In this document: positions 1 through 10,464 of the stretch, in pieces
Layout: each line of letters starts with the position of its first letter
How positions within the stretch are numbered: position 1 is the stretch's first letter
Assembly (NCBI GenBank): GCA_034678725.1
Contig: JAXDBM010000033.1
Coordinates: 1,308 to 65,307 of the forward strand
Origin: Syntrophales bacterium
Lineage (GTDB): Bacteria; Desulfobacterota; Syntrophia; Syntrophales; Fen-1087
DNA length: 64,000 nucleotides
Reading direction: 5' to 3'
Notes under the pieces: model-generated
The model's database searches: none
What the model saw: only the letters and a program-made list of their open reading frames with translations
Told to the model about the DNA's origin: nothing
Position numbers and translations under genes: made by a program

Positions 1-23
1 TGAAGCCGAGCGAGACCGGAAGG

Positions 24-530
24 TTATTCCGACTTGATGGGGATCTTTTTCCCCTTCGCCTTGGCTTCCTCCGCTTTGGGAAGCGTGATGTTCAGGACGC
101 CGTTCTTGAACTGGGCCTGGACCTTCTTCTGGTCGATGCCGGCCGGAAGGGGGATCACGCGGTGGAACGAGCCGTAGCTGCATTCGACGTGGTAATAGCC
201 TTTCCCCTTGTCTTCCTTCTCCTCTTTCTTTTCACCCTTGATCGTGAGGGTTTCGTTGTCCAGCAGGACTTCGACGTCCTTTTCTTCCAGGCCGGGAAGC
301 TCGGCCTTCACGCTGATCTCCTTGTCGCTTTCCTTGACGTCGATCGACGGATGGAACGCTGCCAGGCGTGCGCTTGGCCCGGCGAACGGCGCTACGTCCC
401 ATCCCTGAAAGAAATCGTCGAAGATCCGGTTCATTTCCCGCTGCAGGGAAAAGAACGGATGACCCTCCTCACGCCGGGACGGCATACTCCCTCTGTTCCA
501 GAGAGAAGGCACAAGATTCTTGATTTCCAT
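24..530 (-). CDS. Hsp20/alpha-crystallin small heat-shock protein
   Basis: Alpha-crystallin motifs (PSIDVKE, AELPGL, YGSFHRVIPLP, AQFKNGVLNITLPK) and C-terminal IPI motif. Confidence 0.95.
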   Translation of the reverse strand: MEIKNLVPSLWNRGSMPSRREEGHPFFSLQREMNRIFDDFFQGWDVAPFAGPSARLAAFHPSIDVKESDKEISVKAELPGLEEKDVEVLLDNETLTIKGEKKEEKEDKGKGYYHVECSYGSFHRVIPLPAGIDQKKVQAQFKNGVLNITLPKAEEAKAKGKKIPIKSE

Positions 531-550
531 GATCTTCTCCTCCTTTCCCG

Positions 551-955
551 TTATTCCGCTCTGATGGCGATCTTTCTGGCTTTCACCTCTTCGGCCTTGT
601 GAAGGGTCACACGCAGGACGCCGTTCTTGACGCGGGCGTCGATCCTGTCGCGGTCCACTTCATCGGAGATGGTGAATGCCCGCTGATAATCGCCGACATC
701 ATACTCGGCATACGCTGCGCCGTATCCCGGAAACGCTTCAGGCTCCACGGTGCCGGCGATCGTCAGAATGTTCTTCTCGAGCGTCATGTCCACATGATTT
801 TCATCCACGCCGGGCATGTCGGCAATCAATACGATGGAATCTTTGGTTTCGTAGATGTCCACCTTGGGCAGGAAAACCTTGCGGCTCCTGGTTCGTTCCG
901 TTTCCACCGGATTCTGGGCCGGTTTTTTCTGAATATCCTTTTCCTCGGTTGCCAT
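551..955 (-). CDS. Hsp20/alpha-crystallin small heat-shock protein
   Basis: PKVDIYE, ADMPGV, KNGVLRVTLHK, C-terminal IAI; GGAGG SD. Confidence 0.95.
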   Translation of the reverse strand: MATEEKDIQKKPAQNPVETERTRSRKVFLPKVDIYETKDSIVLIADMPGVDENHVDMTLEKNILTIAGTVEPEAFPGYGAAYAEYDVGDYQRAFTISDEVDRDRIDARVKNGVLRVTLHKAEEVKARKIAIRAE

Positions 956-971
956 GAATCATCAACCTCCT

Positions 972-1415
972 TTACTCGGATTTGATCTTGATTTTTCTGG
1001 GCTTGTCCACCTCCGCCCTCGGAAGCACGATGCGAAGTACACCCTTTTCGTACTTTGCCTCCACTTTTCCGGAATCCACCTGAAAGGGCAGTTGCAGCGT
1101 TCTGGTGAAACGCCCCTGATTGCGCTCCTGCCGATGGTAGCTTTCGCCTTCCTTCAAAACATCGGATTCACGCACGCCGGACAGCGTCAGGCTATCCCCC
1201 ACGACGGCGATTTCCACCTTGTCCGGATCGATGCCGGGGGCTTCCGCCGTCACAATGGCGCCTTCCTCTCCCCTCCAGACATTGACCGGAGGGAAATCAT
1301 GCGCATAAAGTTCCGAGGCGCCTGAAAAAAGGCGATTCATTTCTCTTTGCAGGCGCTGCATGTCCGTCATCGGATCCGTGATTCTTCCGAACCTCCAAAT
1401 TCCCGGTCCAAACAT
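972..1415 (-). CDS. Hsp20/alpha-crystallin small heat-shock protein
   Basis: PPVNVW, AEAPGI, ERNQGRFTRTLQLP, GVLRIVLP, IKI; AAGGAGG SD. Confidence 0.95.
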   Translation of the reverse strand: MFGPGIWRFGRITDPMTDMQRLQREMNRLFSGASELYAHDFPPVNVWRGEEGAIVTAEAPGIDPDKVEIAVVGDSLTLSGVRESDVLKEGESYHRQERNQGRFTRTLQLPFQVDSGKVEAKYEKGVLRIVLPRAEVDKPRKIKIKSE

Positions 1416-1527
1416 GATGCATACCTCCTTTGATTTTTGTTTTCATTTTTCTGGTGAAGCCCCCTTCACCGGGAGGCATAACCAGAGCAACACACTGATA
1501 TCATTGGACACATCAGCATTCGACCGT

Positions 1528-1555
1528 AATATAATCACCAAATTTTCCTTGTCAA
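1528..1555 (-). promoter_or_regulatory. sigma70-type promoter of the hsp20 operon
   Basis: TTGACA-N16-TATATT on the minus strand upstream of the first hsp20. Confidence 0.55.
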
Positions 1556-1591
1556 GAGAGGGTGTGTTCGAGAAGATGTGTACGCCCGGGA

Positions 1592-2374
1592 TCAGATTGT
1601 CTCGGCTGCTTTGAACACGGTCATCAGTGCCTGGTGCAGGGCGCCGTTGGAGGCAAGGACATGCGGTGCAGAGAGGTGATGGGGCGCGCCGAAAAGATCG
1701 GTCACGGCGCCGCCGGCTTCACGGACCAGGAGGCACCCGGCGGCGGTGTCCCAGGGCATCAATTTCAGTTCCCAGAAGCCGTCGAACCGGCCGGCGGCCA
1801 CATAGGCCAGATCCAGCGCGGCGGAACCGGCGCGACGGATCGCCCGGACTTTCCGGGCCATTTCGGCAAAATAATTGATGTTGTTGTTCCTGTCATTGCG
1901 GATGTCGTAGGGAAATCCCGTGGCCAGAAGACTGTGGGAAAGAACAGGGGTCCCGGAGACGGAAAGCCGGGAACCGTTCAAATAAGCGCCCTTCCTCTTT
2001 TCTGCGACGAACATTTCATCCAGCATGGGGTTATGCACCACGCCGAGAATGACTTCTCCCTTCCTTTCGAGGGCGATGGACACACAGAATACGGGGTACC
2101 CGTGGGCGTAATTCGTCGTTCCGTCCAGGGGGTCGATGATCCAGCGGAACGCCGAGCCGGTTTCCGTGGCGATTGATTCTTCCGACATGACATCATGGTC
2201 CGGGAACCGGCTGCGAATGGCGGACAGGATCATATCTTCGGACATGCGGTCGGCATCGGTGACGATGTCAATCTCGCCCTTGAAATCAATCTTGCGATGA
2301 TCATTCAGTTTGCTCTTCAAGAGCATTCCGGACTCTCTCGCGATGTCAACGGCAAAGGTCCTGTAGTCCGCCAT
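1592..2374 (-). CDS. suhB: Inositol monophosphatase family protein (SuhB-like)
   Basis: WIIDPLDGTTNY, GSAALDLAYVAAGRFDGFWE, WDTAAG motifs. Confidence 0.9.
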   Translation of the reverse strand: MADYRTFAVDIARESGMLLKSKLNDHRKIDFKGEIDIVTDADRMSEDMILSAIRSRFPDHDVMSEESIATETGSAFRWIIDPLDGTTNYAHGYPVFCVSIALERKGEVILGVVHNPMLDEMFVAEKRKGAYLNGSRLSVSGTPVLSHSLLATGFPYDIRNDRNNNINYFAEMARKVRAIRRAGSAALDLAYVAAGRFDGFWELKLMPWDTAAGCLLVREAGGAVTDLFGAPHHLSAPHVLASNGALHQALMTVFKAAETI

Positions 2375-2553
2375 CGTCCCTCCTTCTTGATACCGGTTCC
2401 AGCAGGCGAACGCATGTCTATCATAAACGATGTAAAAAAAACAATTTGAAACCCCTTCCGGTTTCAGCCGGTTTTGTGCAGGCCGATTTTTTATTGCCTG
2501 AAGGGCTCTTTGGTGTTAGATTTCACCAGCGTCATGAAGGGGAACCGGTGTAA

Positions 2554-3267
2554 ATGACAAAGCAGCACAACCTTGAGAATACGGATCGGCCGGCTGGTGA
2601 AGCCGCAAAGCTGGCAAGCCTGGACTTGAAGGCCCTGAGGGAAACCCGGGGGATCACGCTGAGGGAAATTTATGAACAGACGCGCATCACGGTGGTGAAT
2701 CTCGAGGCCATTGAAACACAGAATTTTCATTTGCTTCCGTCACCGGCATATGCAAAGACCTTCATTCGGGGTTATGCGGATGCCATCGGTATGGAAAGCA
2801 AAATCATACAAGAGGCCTATGACCAATATCTCCATGCGCTTCATGCCGAGCAAGAGCAGGGAAAAGACCATGGCAATAACCGGAGGAAAGGAAAAAACAA
2901 ACGGATTCTGGTCTGGACGGTCCTGCTGACGATCGCCGCCGGCGCCGTGCTGCTGGCACTTTTTCTTTTATACGGAAGCGATCCGGAAATCCCGCGGACA
3001 GAATCGGACAAAACAACGCTGAAGAAGACGGACGCCGCAACGGTTGAGGCCACCAGACCCGTCGACGCGCCCGTTCCGCCCGGACAGGCTGACCCGGCTA
3101 GACCGGAGACGAAGGCAGACGGCACACCGTTCATGACCGGTCAGAACCCCGCACAGGCGGGGCGAGACTTACAGGCAGGGATGCAGACAGGGGTGGCGCC
3201 GCCGCCTGCGACGGTATCCGGACCGCCTGTTTCATCGGAAAACCGGCAGACGGCAGAACCCAGATAG
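2554..3267 (+). CDS. RodZ-like HTH membrane protein
   Basis: N-terminal XRE-type HTH (LKALRETRGITL...YAKTFIRGYA), basic stretch, one TM helix, Pro/Ala/Thr-rich tail. Confidence 0.75.
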   Translation: MTKQHNLENTDRPAGEAAKLASLDLKALRETRGITLREIYEQTRITVVNLEAIETQNFHLLPSPAYAKTFIRGYADAIGMESKIIQEAYDQYLHALHAEQEQGKDHGNNRRKGKNKRILVWTVLLTIAAGAVLLALFLLYGSDPEIPRTESDKTTLKKTDAATVEATRPVDAPVPPGQADPARPETKADGTPFMTGQNPAQAGRDLQAGMQTGVAPPPATVSGPPVSSENRQTAEPR

Positions 3268-3303
3268 CAAGGCTGTCGGTGAAGACAACGGTTCAAGATT
3301 TGA

Positions 3304-3332
3304 TTGACAGAGCTCCGCTATTGTTTTAGGAT
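3304..3332 (+). promoter_or_regulatory. sigma70-type promoter of tatA
   Basis: TTGACA-N17-TAGGAT. Confidence 0.6.
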
Positions 3333-3390
3333 GGGGCCGAAATGTGGGTGAAAAGCATATAAGATTTTTATTTGATTGAGGTTATACGCT

Positions 3391-3576
3391 ATGTTTGGAA
3401 TCGGCATGCCTGAATTGATCATCATCCTTGTGATCATTCTGATCGTTTTCGGCGCAGGCAAGCTTCCGGAGATCGGCGGCGCCATCGGCAAGGGCATTAA
3501 GAACTTCAAAAAGGCGTCCAAAGAGCCCGATGAAATTGATGTTACGCCGGAGGACAAGAAAATCGGTCAGAAATAG
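3391..3576 (+). CDS. tatA: Twin-arginine translocase TatA/TatE subunit
   Basis: [41 protein letters not shown]; ATG 3391 preferred over TTG 3376. Confidence 0.95.
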   Translation: MFGIGMPELIIILVIILIVFGAGKLPEIGGAIGKGIKNFKKASKEPDEIDVTPEDKKIGQK

Positions 3577-3593
3577 CGCGAGACGGCGGAGTC

Positions 3594-4010
3594 TCAGAAC
3601 GGAACGTCATCTTCCGGGATGACGCCCGTTCCGGTATCGGATGGAAAGCGCTCATCGCCGGCCGGTTCCTGGCCCCTGCCCTGTCCTTTGGAATCCAGCA
3701 TCTGCATGTTTGCGGCGACAATCTCCGTCGTGTAACGCTTGTTCCCGTCCTTGTCCTCCCAGGACCGGGTCTGGATGCGTCCCTCCACGAAGACCAGTTT
3801 CCCCTTGTTAAGATAATTGCCGCAGATTTCCGCAAGCTTGCCAAAGGTGACGATGCGATGCCATTCCGTTTTCTGGACGCGCTGCCCGCTTTTGTCTTTC
3901 CACTGTTCGTCCGTCGCCAGATTGAAATTGGTGACCATCATGCCGTCCGGCGTGTAACGGACTTCCGGATCCTTGCCGAGCCTGCCGATCAGTAGCGCTT
4001 TATTGACCAT
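3594..4010 (-). CDS. ssb: Single-stranded DNA-binding protein
   Basis: [26 protein letters not shown], acidic DDVPF tail; start moved to ATG 4010 (GGGGAG SD). Confidence 0.97.
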   Translation of the reverse strand: MVNKALLIGRLGKDPEVRYTPDGMMVTNFNLATDEQWKDKSGQRVQKTEWHRIVTFGKLAEICGNYLNKGKLVFVEGRIQTRSWEDKDGNKRYTTEIVAANMQMLDSKGQGRGQEPAGDERFPSDTGTGVIPEDDVPF

Positions 4011-4193
4011 TTTCTCCCCCTTCGCCAGCTTGATGATGGAAGGAAGCATACACAACTGAACGGTCAATGGCAATGGAATTTTGATGTTGCCCGGAAGACA
4101 TGCCTGCATCTGATTTCTCGAAATCTTCCTTGACTAATAAAGAAAATAAATATAGTGAAATCGACCTTATACTAATCATGGGAATGGCGGCTT

Positions 4194-5684
4194 ATGGAAG
4201 AGAGCGAGCTTCTGAGGAAAAGAAAAGAGAAGATTGAAGCCCTGAAAGCCGAGGGGGTTGATCTTTATCCGAATGACGTGAACGTGAAGGACACCACGGC
4301 GGAACTTTTGTCCCGTTTTTCCGGAATGGATCATGCTCAACTGGAGAAGGTGGAGGAGCGGTTCAGCCTAGCCGGAAGAATCATGGCCATACGGAATTTC
4401 GGAAAAGCCTCTTTCATCAGCCTGCAGGACCGAAAGGGCCGGATTCAGGGCTATATACACAGGCAACTGGTCGGTGAAGCTTCTTATCAGCTTTTCAAAA
4501 AGCTGGATGTGGGAGACATCGTCCATATCGAAGGGCGGATCTTCAGGACAAAAACAGGGGAGTTGACCGTCGAGGCGGGCCGGCTGCGCCTGGTGTCCAA
4601 AGCCATTCGTATGCTTCCGGAAAAGTGGCACGGCCTGACGGATATCGAAACCCGGTACCGCCAGCGCCACCTCGATCTGATGGTCAATCCGAAGGTCCGG
4701 GAGGTGTTTCAAAGGAGAAGCCGGATCATCCAGTTGATTCGCCGCTTCATGGAGGATCGCGATTTTCTGGAAGTCGAAACCCCGATGATGCAGCCCAGGG
4801 CGGGCGGAGCGGTGGCGCGGCCCTTCAAGACCTACCACAACGCGCTGGGGATGGATTTTTACCTGCGGATTGCCCCGGAACTGTATCTGAAACGGCTGGT
4901 TACCGGGGGTCTGGAGCGGGTTTATGAGCTGAACCGGAACTTCCGCAACGAGGGGATTTCGACATTCCACAATCCCGAATTCACCATGATGGAGTTTTAC
5001 CAGGCTTACGCCACCTATCAGGATCTCATGAAGGTGACCGAAGAACTGCTCGTCTACATTGCCCGCGACCTGTTCGCGGGCTTGTCCTTTCCCTATCAGG
5101 GGCGTCAGGTTGATCTGACGCCTCCCTGGAAGCGGATATCGGTCAAAGATGCCATCGTGCAGACCTGCGGCATCGATCCCGCCGTGCTGGAGGATCGGAC
5201 GAAGGCCGCGGACCTGGCCGGATCGATGCGAATCGAGATCAAGGACTCGGATCCGCTGGGGAAAATCATGATGGCGGTCTTTGAAGAAGCGGTCGAGGCC
5301 AGCCTCGTCGAGCCCACGTTCGTTACCCATTATCCGGTTGAAGTGTCCCCCCTCTCCCGAAAAAACGAGGCGGATCCCCTCCTGACCGACCGGTTCGAAC
5401 TCTACATCTGCGGAAAGGAGATCGCCAATGCCTTTTCGGAGCTGAACGACCCCGCCGATCAGCGTGAGCGGTTCATGATGCAGCTCAGGGACCGGGAGGC
5501 GGGAGATGAAGAGGCTCATGAAATGGATGAGGACTACATCCGGGCTCTCGAATACGCCATGCCTCCCACCGCCGGCGAGGGGATCGGGATCGACCGGTTG
5601 GTCATGCTGTTTACGGACAGCGCCTCCATTCGGGATGTGATTCTCTTCCCCCACCTGAGGACAAAGGAGGAGAGCGGACACTGA
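4194..5684 (+). CDS. lysS: Lysine--tRNA ligase (class II)
   Basis: FLEVETPMM, YLRIAPELYLKRL, FRNEG, HNPEFTMMEFY, GIGIDRLVM. Confidence 0.98.
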   Translation: MEESELLRKRKEKIEALKAEGVDLYPNDVNVKDTTAELLSRFSGMDHAQLEKVEERFSLAGRIMAIRNFGKASFISLQDRKGRIQGYIHRQLVGEASYQLFKKLDVGDIVHIEGRIFRTKTGELTVEAGRLRLVSKAIRMLPEKWHGLTDIETRYRQRHLDLMVNPKVREVFQRRSRIIQLIRRFMEDRDFLEVETPMMQPRAGGAVARPFKTYHNALGMDFYLRIAPELYLKRLVTGGLERVYELNRNFRNEGISTFHNPEFTMMEFYQAYATYQDLMKVTEELLVYIARDLFAGLSFPYQGRQVDLTPPWKRISVKDAIVQTCGIDPAVLEDRTKAADLAGSMRIEIKDSDPLGKIMMAVFEEAVEASLVEPTFVTHYPVEVSPLSRKNEADPLLTDRFELYICGKEIANAFSELNDPADQRERFMMQLRDREAGDEEAHEMDEDYIRALEYAMPPTAGEGIGIDRLVMLFTDSASIRDVILFPHLRTKEESGH

Positions 5685-6961
5685 TGTCCTATGAACTCTT
5701 CGTCGGCCTGCGTTATCTGCGCGCCAAGCGGAAGCAGGTCTTCGTTTCCATCATCACTTTCATTTCCATTGCCGGCATTTTTCTGGGCGTTGCCGCGCTG
5801 ATCATCGTTCTGGCCGTGATGAACGGCTTTGAGACCGATCTGCGCAACAAGATCCTGGGGATCAACTCACACATTGTTCTTATGGAATATTCGGGGACCA
5901 TGAAGAATCAGGAACGGGTGCTGAAAGAAATCGAACAGATCCCCGGAGTGGTCGCCGCCGCACCCTTCATTTACAGCCAGGCGCTGCTGAAGAGCGGGAA
6001 CAGCGCCAGCGGGGTCGTCCTGAGGGGTCTGGCCACGGACAGCAAATCCAAGGTGATTGATCTGGGTAAAATGCAGCAGGGCCGCCTGGATTATCTGGCC
6101 AGCGACAGACGTCCCGCGTCCGGGATCGACAAAGACCTCATGGACCTTCCCGGTCTCATTGTGGGCAAGGAACTGGCAAAAAATCTGGGCATCATGCTTT
6201 TCGAAACCGCCAGCATCGTCTCGCCCATGGGCATATCGACCCCCATGGGAATGATGCCCCGGATGAAAAAGTTTCTGGTGGTCGGGATCTTCGATTCGGG
6301 GTTTTACGAGTACGATTCGACGCTGGCCTACATCTCCCTGAAAGACTGCCAGGAATTTCTGAATATGGGCGATCAGGTGACCGGCGTCGAGGTCCGGGTG
6401 GACGACATCTACAAGGCCGACGCCATCGGAAAGGCCATTGAAAAAAAGCTGGGTTTTCCCTACTGGGCCCGGAACTGGATGGAAATGAACAAGAACCTCT
6501 TCTCGGCGCTCCGGCTTGAAAAGCGGGTCATGTTCATCATCCTGAGCCTCATCGTGCTGGTGGCCGCCTTCAACATCATCACCGCCCTGATCATGGTCGT
6601 TATGGAAAAGAACAAGGATATCGCCGTCCTGAAATCCATGGGCGCCACCTCCAAAAGCATCATGAAAATTTTCATTTTGCAGGGGCTCACCATCGGCGCC
6701 ATCGGAACGGTGCTCGGCTGCATCGGAGGGCTCGCGATTGCGATAAACCTTTCCAAAATTTCCCTGTTTATCGAGCGGCTTCTCGGGATCAAGATCCTTC
6801 CGGGGGATGTGTACTATCTGAACGAGCTCCCCTCGCGCGTCAATTACGGAGATGTCGCGATTATCATTGCGGGCACCATCCTGATCTGCTTTCTGTCGAC
6901 CATCTATCCGTCCTGGCGGGCCTCGAAACTGGATCCGGCAGAGGCCTTGCGATATGAGTGA
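5684..6961 (+). CDS. lolE: Lipoprotein-releasing ABC transporter permease (LolC/LolE type)
   Basis: RYLRAKRK, VLAVMNGFE, VAAFNII, DIAVLKSMGA, YPSWRASKLDPAEALRYE. Confidence 0.92.
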   Translation: MSYELFVGLRYLRAKRKQVFVSIITFISIAGIFLGVAALIIVLAVMNGFETDLRNKILGINSHIVLMEYSGTMKNQERVLKEIEQIPGVVAAAPFIYSQALLKSGNSASGVVLRGLATDSKSKVIDLGKMQQGRLDYLASDRRPASGIDKDLMDLPGLIVGKELAKNLGIMLFETASIVSPMGISTPMGMMPRMKKFLVVGIFDSGFYEYDSTLAYISLKDCQEFLNMGDQVTGVEVRVDDIYKADAIGKAIEKKLGFPYWARNWMEMNKNLFSALRLEKRVMFIILSLIVLVAAFNIITALIMVVMEKNKDIAVLKSMGATSKSIMKIFILQGLTIGAIGTVLGCIGGLAIAINLSKISLFIERLLGIKILPGDVYYLNELPSRVNYGDVAIIIAGTILICFLSTIYPSWRASKLDPAEALRYE

Positions 6962-7062
6962 CCATTTGTGAAAAGCGACGTGAATCCTTTTCAGTGCTGC
7001 ATCCGCGCGCGCCGGCCGGCGCGCCTGACATTTGAAGATCCGGTTCGGGAGGCCGGCGGGCC

Positions 7063-7734
7063 ATGATCCGGCTGCAGCAGTTGAGCAAGACATTCATCAA
7101 GGACGGAACCCGGATTGAAGTGCTCAAAGGGCTGGACCTGGAGATCCGCAAAGGCGAATCTCTGGCGGTGGTCGGTGTTTCCGGGTCCGGGAAGAGCACG
7201 CTGATCCATATTCTGGGAACGCTGGATCACCCGACGTCCGGCACGCTCCTGTATGATGAAAAGAATGTTTTTGAATGGCCGGAACGGAAACTGGCAGCGT
7301 TTCGGAATGAAAAGATCGGTTTCGTGTTTCAATTTCATAACCTGCTTCCCGAATTCACCAGTCTGGAAAACACAATGATGCCGGCCCTGATTCACGGCAT
7401 GGCAAAAGGGGAGGCTCGAAAGCGGGCAGAAGCCATCTTGAATGATCTGGGTCTTCGTGATAGGGTGACGCATAAACCGGGGGAACTGTCCGGCGGGGAG
7501 CAGCAGCGCGTTGCCATGGCCCGGGCGCTGATTATGGAGCCGGAGATCCTCCTTGCGGATGAACCGACGGGCAACCTGGATTCGGAAACCGGCGCCAGAA
7601 TCGGCAATATCCTGGTTCAGCTAAACCAGAACAGACAAATCACACTGGTCGTCGTAACCCATAACCCGCTGCTGGCGAAGCAGATGTCCCGAAGCATCGG
7701 GCTCAAGGACGGGAGGATCGATTTCCATGAATAA
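7063..7734 (+). CDS. lolD: Lipoprotein-releasing ABC transporter ATPase
   Basis: Walker [39 protein letters not shown]; follows the permease. Confidence 0.93.
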   Translation: MIRLQQLSKTFIKDGTRIEVLKGLDLEIRKGESLAVVGVSGSGKSTLIHILGTLDHPTSGTLLYDEKNVFEWPERKLAAFRNEKIGFVFQFHNLLPEFTSLENTMMPALIHGMAKGEARKRAEAILNDLGLRDRVTHKPGELSGGEQQRVAMARALIMEPEILLADEPTGNLDSETGARIGNILVQLNQNRQITLVVVTHNPLLAKQMSRSIGLKDGRIDFHE

Positions 7735-10369
7735 GAAACGCACGCTCATCGGGATTTGCATTGTCATTGCCCTGGTCTGTCTTTTGCTCACGGAAGCCGT
7801 TGCCCAGGATGTGAGAAAAATCGCCGTCCTGCCTTTTGAAATCCACAGTCGCGCCAATGAGGCCCAGATTCGGGAAGCCATTGAGAAGGGGCTGACGGCC
7901 GAACTGCTGAAGTCGAAGAATATACAAGTCCTCGACAAAAGTGTCGTTGATGCCGAGACCCGGGGCGGGAAACTGAACGAAACTCAGGCAATTTCCGCGG
8001 GGCGGGCGCACGCTGCCGATCTGATCGTGATGGGGAGCGTCACGGAGCTCGGTGAGTTGATCAGCATCGATGCAAAGGTGGTGGATGTCAAAAAAGGACA
8101 AACCATTCCCGGTATTTTTGCCCAGGGTCGGGGCCTGAAAAACATCGACGCGATCCTGGCGCAGTTGAAGCGGGAGATCCTGGTGCGGGCTTTCGTGGAT
8201 CAGAGAATTGCCGGCGTGGAAATCAAGGGGAACGTCAAGATCGAGGCAGCGGCGATCAGCCAGGTTCTGAAAAGCGCGAAGGGCGGGCTTTATTCCGAGC
8301 CCGATGTAACCGCCGACATTCGGGCGATCTACAAAATGGGCTATTTCGATGATGCAAGAGCCGACATGGCGGATACGCCCGAGGGCAAGCGCATCACCTT
8401 CACGGTAACGGAAAAGCCGCTCATTTCAGAGGTGAGCGTCAAAGGGAACAAGGCAATCGATATTGGCGACATCCATGGCGTGCTGACGACGAAATCCCGT
8501 CAGGTCGTGAATTCGGAAAAAGTCAATTCGGACATCGAGAAAATCCGGGATCTTTATCATGCCAAGGGTTATTACAATGCGGAGATTGCGACCGTTCTGG
8601 AAAAAAAGGGCGACAAGGAGGTTCTGGTCCTTTTCAACATCGTGGAAAACGACAAGACCTACGTGAAGAAAATCGATTTTCAGGGTAACCGGACTTTCAG
8701 CGATAAAACGCTCCGCAACATCATGAAGACCACGGAGTGGGGCATTTTTCATTTCTTCACCGATTCTGGCGTTCTGAAGAAGGATCAGTTGAAGCAGGAC
8801 ATCGGAAAGCTGAACGCTTTTTACCTGAATAACGGCTTCATCAACGCCCAGGTCGGCGAGCCGGAGATCACCCATGACAAGAAGGGGATCTATCTGAAGG
8901 TCCCCGTATCGGAAGGCAGACAGTTCAAGGTCGGCAAGGTCCAGATCACCGGAGACACCCTGAAGGTCCCGCATGACGCGCTTCTGAAGAATCTGAGCAT
9001 CACGAAACAGGAATACTTCAGCCGGGAAGCGATGATCAAGGACATCGATTATCTGGTTCAGATGTGCAATGATGAGGGGTTCGCCTATGCGGATGTCCTC
9101 TTCCAGACCGCGCCGCAGGAGAAAAGTCAGACGGTCGACGTGAGCTATCAGATCAAGAAGGGGAATGAGGTCCATTTCAACCGGGTCCTGATCACCGGAA
9201 ACACCAAGACCCGGGACAAGGTGATCCGGCGGCAGCTTTCCGTGGTGGAGGGCGATCTGTACAGCAAGCGGGCCTTGAAAAGGAGCTACAACGCGCTCAG
9301 CGGACTCCGCTATTTCGAGGAGGTGGATTTCCAGACGGAGAAGGGGGCCTCGGAGAACCAGACGGATGTCATGATCCGCGTCAAGGAAAAGCAGACGGGG
9401 ATTTTCAGCGTGGGGGCCGGTTACAGCGCCATCGACAATGCAGTGGTAACGGCGTCCATTTCCCAGCAGAATCTCTTCGGCAGGGGCCAGACCCTGACCC
9501 TGAAGGCGAGCATCGGCGGGAGCACCCAGCACTACGACCTGTCTTTTATTGAACCCTGGCTCTTCGACATCCCGCTGTGGAGCAAGTTCGACATCTGGAA
9601 TTACAGCCGCACGTACGATACCTACACCCTCGACTCCAACGGCGCCGGCATTGTCCTGGGCTACGGTCTCTGGGATTACGTAACCGGATACCTGGGATAC
9701 CGGTTTTCGAACGACGATGTGACGGAGGTCCAGACGAACGCATCCACGTACATCAAGAGGCAGGAGGGTGTGACCACCACGAGCGGCCCCACCGCCACAC
9801 TCATCCGAAGCACGCTGAATGACGCCATGTTCCCCTCGACGGGTTCGAAAAACAGCGTCTCCGTCACCTATACCGGCGGAATTTTCGGCGGCAACACGAC
9901 TTTCACGAAAGTCAATGCGAACAGCTCCTGGTATTTCCCGCTGCCTTTCGATACCGTGCTGGGCATTTACGGGAAAGGGGGGTACCTGACCAGCAACGAT
10001 GAGAAGGACGTACCCGTTTACGAGCGGTACATCGTGGGCGGGATGAGCACGCTGCGGGGACAGCGGGACATCGGACCGAGGGACCCCGTAACGGGTGACA
10101 TCTTGGGCGGGTTGACATGGATGGGCTTCACCGGGGAGCTCATTTTACCGCTGATCCGGGACGCCGGAATGAAATGGGTCCTTTTCTACGACACCGCCAA
10201 CGCCTGGGAGAGCGGGTATCACTTGGACGACCTGCGGCAGACGGCGGGAGTCGGCATTCGGTGGTATTCGCCGATCGGGCCCCTGAGGCTGGAATACGGG
10301 TTCGTGCTGGACCGGAAGGAAAATGAGTCCGCCGGCCGCTTCGAATTCACGCTGGGCATGGCTTTTTAA
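7727..10369 (+). CDS. bamA: Outer membrane protein assembly factor BamA with N-terminal extension
   Basis: Signal peptide, POTRA repeats (GNTKTRDKVIRR), barrel, SPIGPLRLEYG, terminal Phe. Confidence 0.96.
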   Translation: MNKKRTLIGICIVIALVCLLLTEAVAQDVRKIAVLPFEIHSRANEAQIREAIEKGLTAELLKSKNIQVLDKSVVDAETRGGKLNETQAISAGRAHAADLIVMGSVTELGELISIDAKVVDVKKGQTIPGIFAQGRGLKNIDAILAQLKREILVRAFVDQRIAGVEIKGNVKIEAAAISQVLKSAKGGLYSEPDVTADIRAIYKMGYFDDARADMADTPEGKRITFTVTEKPLISEVSVKGNKAIDIGDIHGVLTTKSRQVVNSEKVNSDIEKIRDLYHAKGYYNAEIATVLEKKGDKEVLVLFNIVENDKTYVKKIDFQGNRTFSDKTLRNIMKTTEWGIFHFFTDSGVLKKDQLKQDIGKLNAFYLNNGFINAQVGEPEITHDKKGIYLKVPVSEGRQFKVGKVQITGDTLKVPHDALLKNLSITKQEYFSREAMIKDIDYLVQMCNDEGFAYADVLFQTAPQEKSQTVDVSYQIKKGNEVHFNRVLITGNTKTRDKVIRRQLSVVEGDLYSKRALKRSYNALSGLRYFEEVDFQTEKGASENQTDVMIRVKEKQTGIFSVGAGYSAIDNAVVTASISQQNLFGRGQTLTLKASIGGSTQHYDLSFIEPWLFDIPLWSKFDIWNYSRTYDTYTLDSNGAGIVLGYGLWDYVTGYLGYRFSNDDVTEVQTNASTYIKRQEGVTTTSGPTATLIRSTLNDAMFPSTGSKNSVSVTYTGGIFGGNTTFTKVNANSSWYFPLPFDTVLGIYGKGGYLTSNDEKDVPVYERYIVGGMSTLRGQRDIGPRDPVTGDILGGLTWMGFTGELILPLIRDAGMKWVLFYDTANAWESGYHLDDLRQTAGVGIRWYSPIGPLRLEYGFVLDRKENESAGRFEFTLGMAF

Positions 10370-10464
10370 CATCGAGTGGAGCCGGAACGGGAATCCGTCA
10401 TCACGGCCGGAAAGACGAAGACGCGATCTTTATGATGGATACGAAACTTCAGGAAGGGGGAATT

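Noticed and set aside
4130-4156. TTGACT...TATAGT as the lysS promoter
   Set aside because: The 15-bp spacer is too short for a confident call.
7007-7024. 18-bp perfect GC palindrome between lolE and lolD
   Set aside because: Only one copy noticed, low complexity, no U-tract; no function can be supported.
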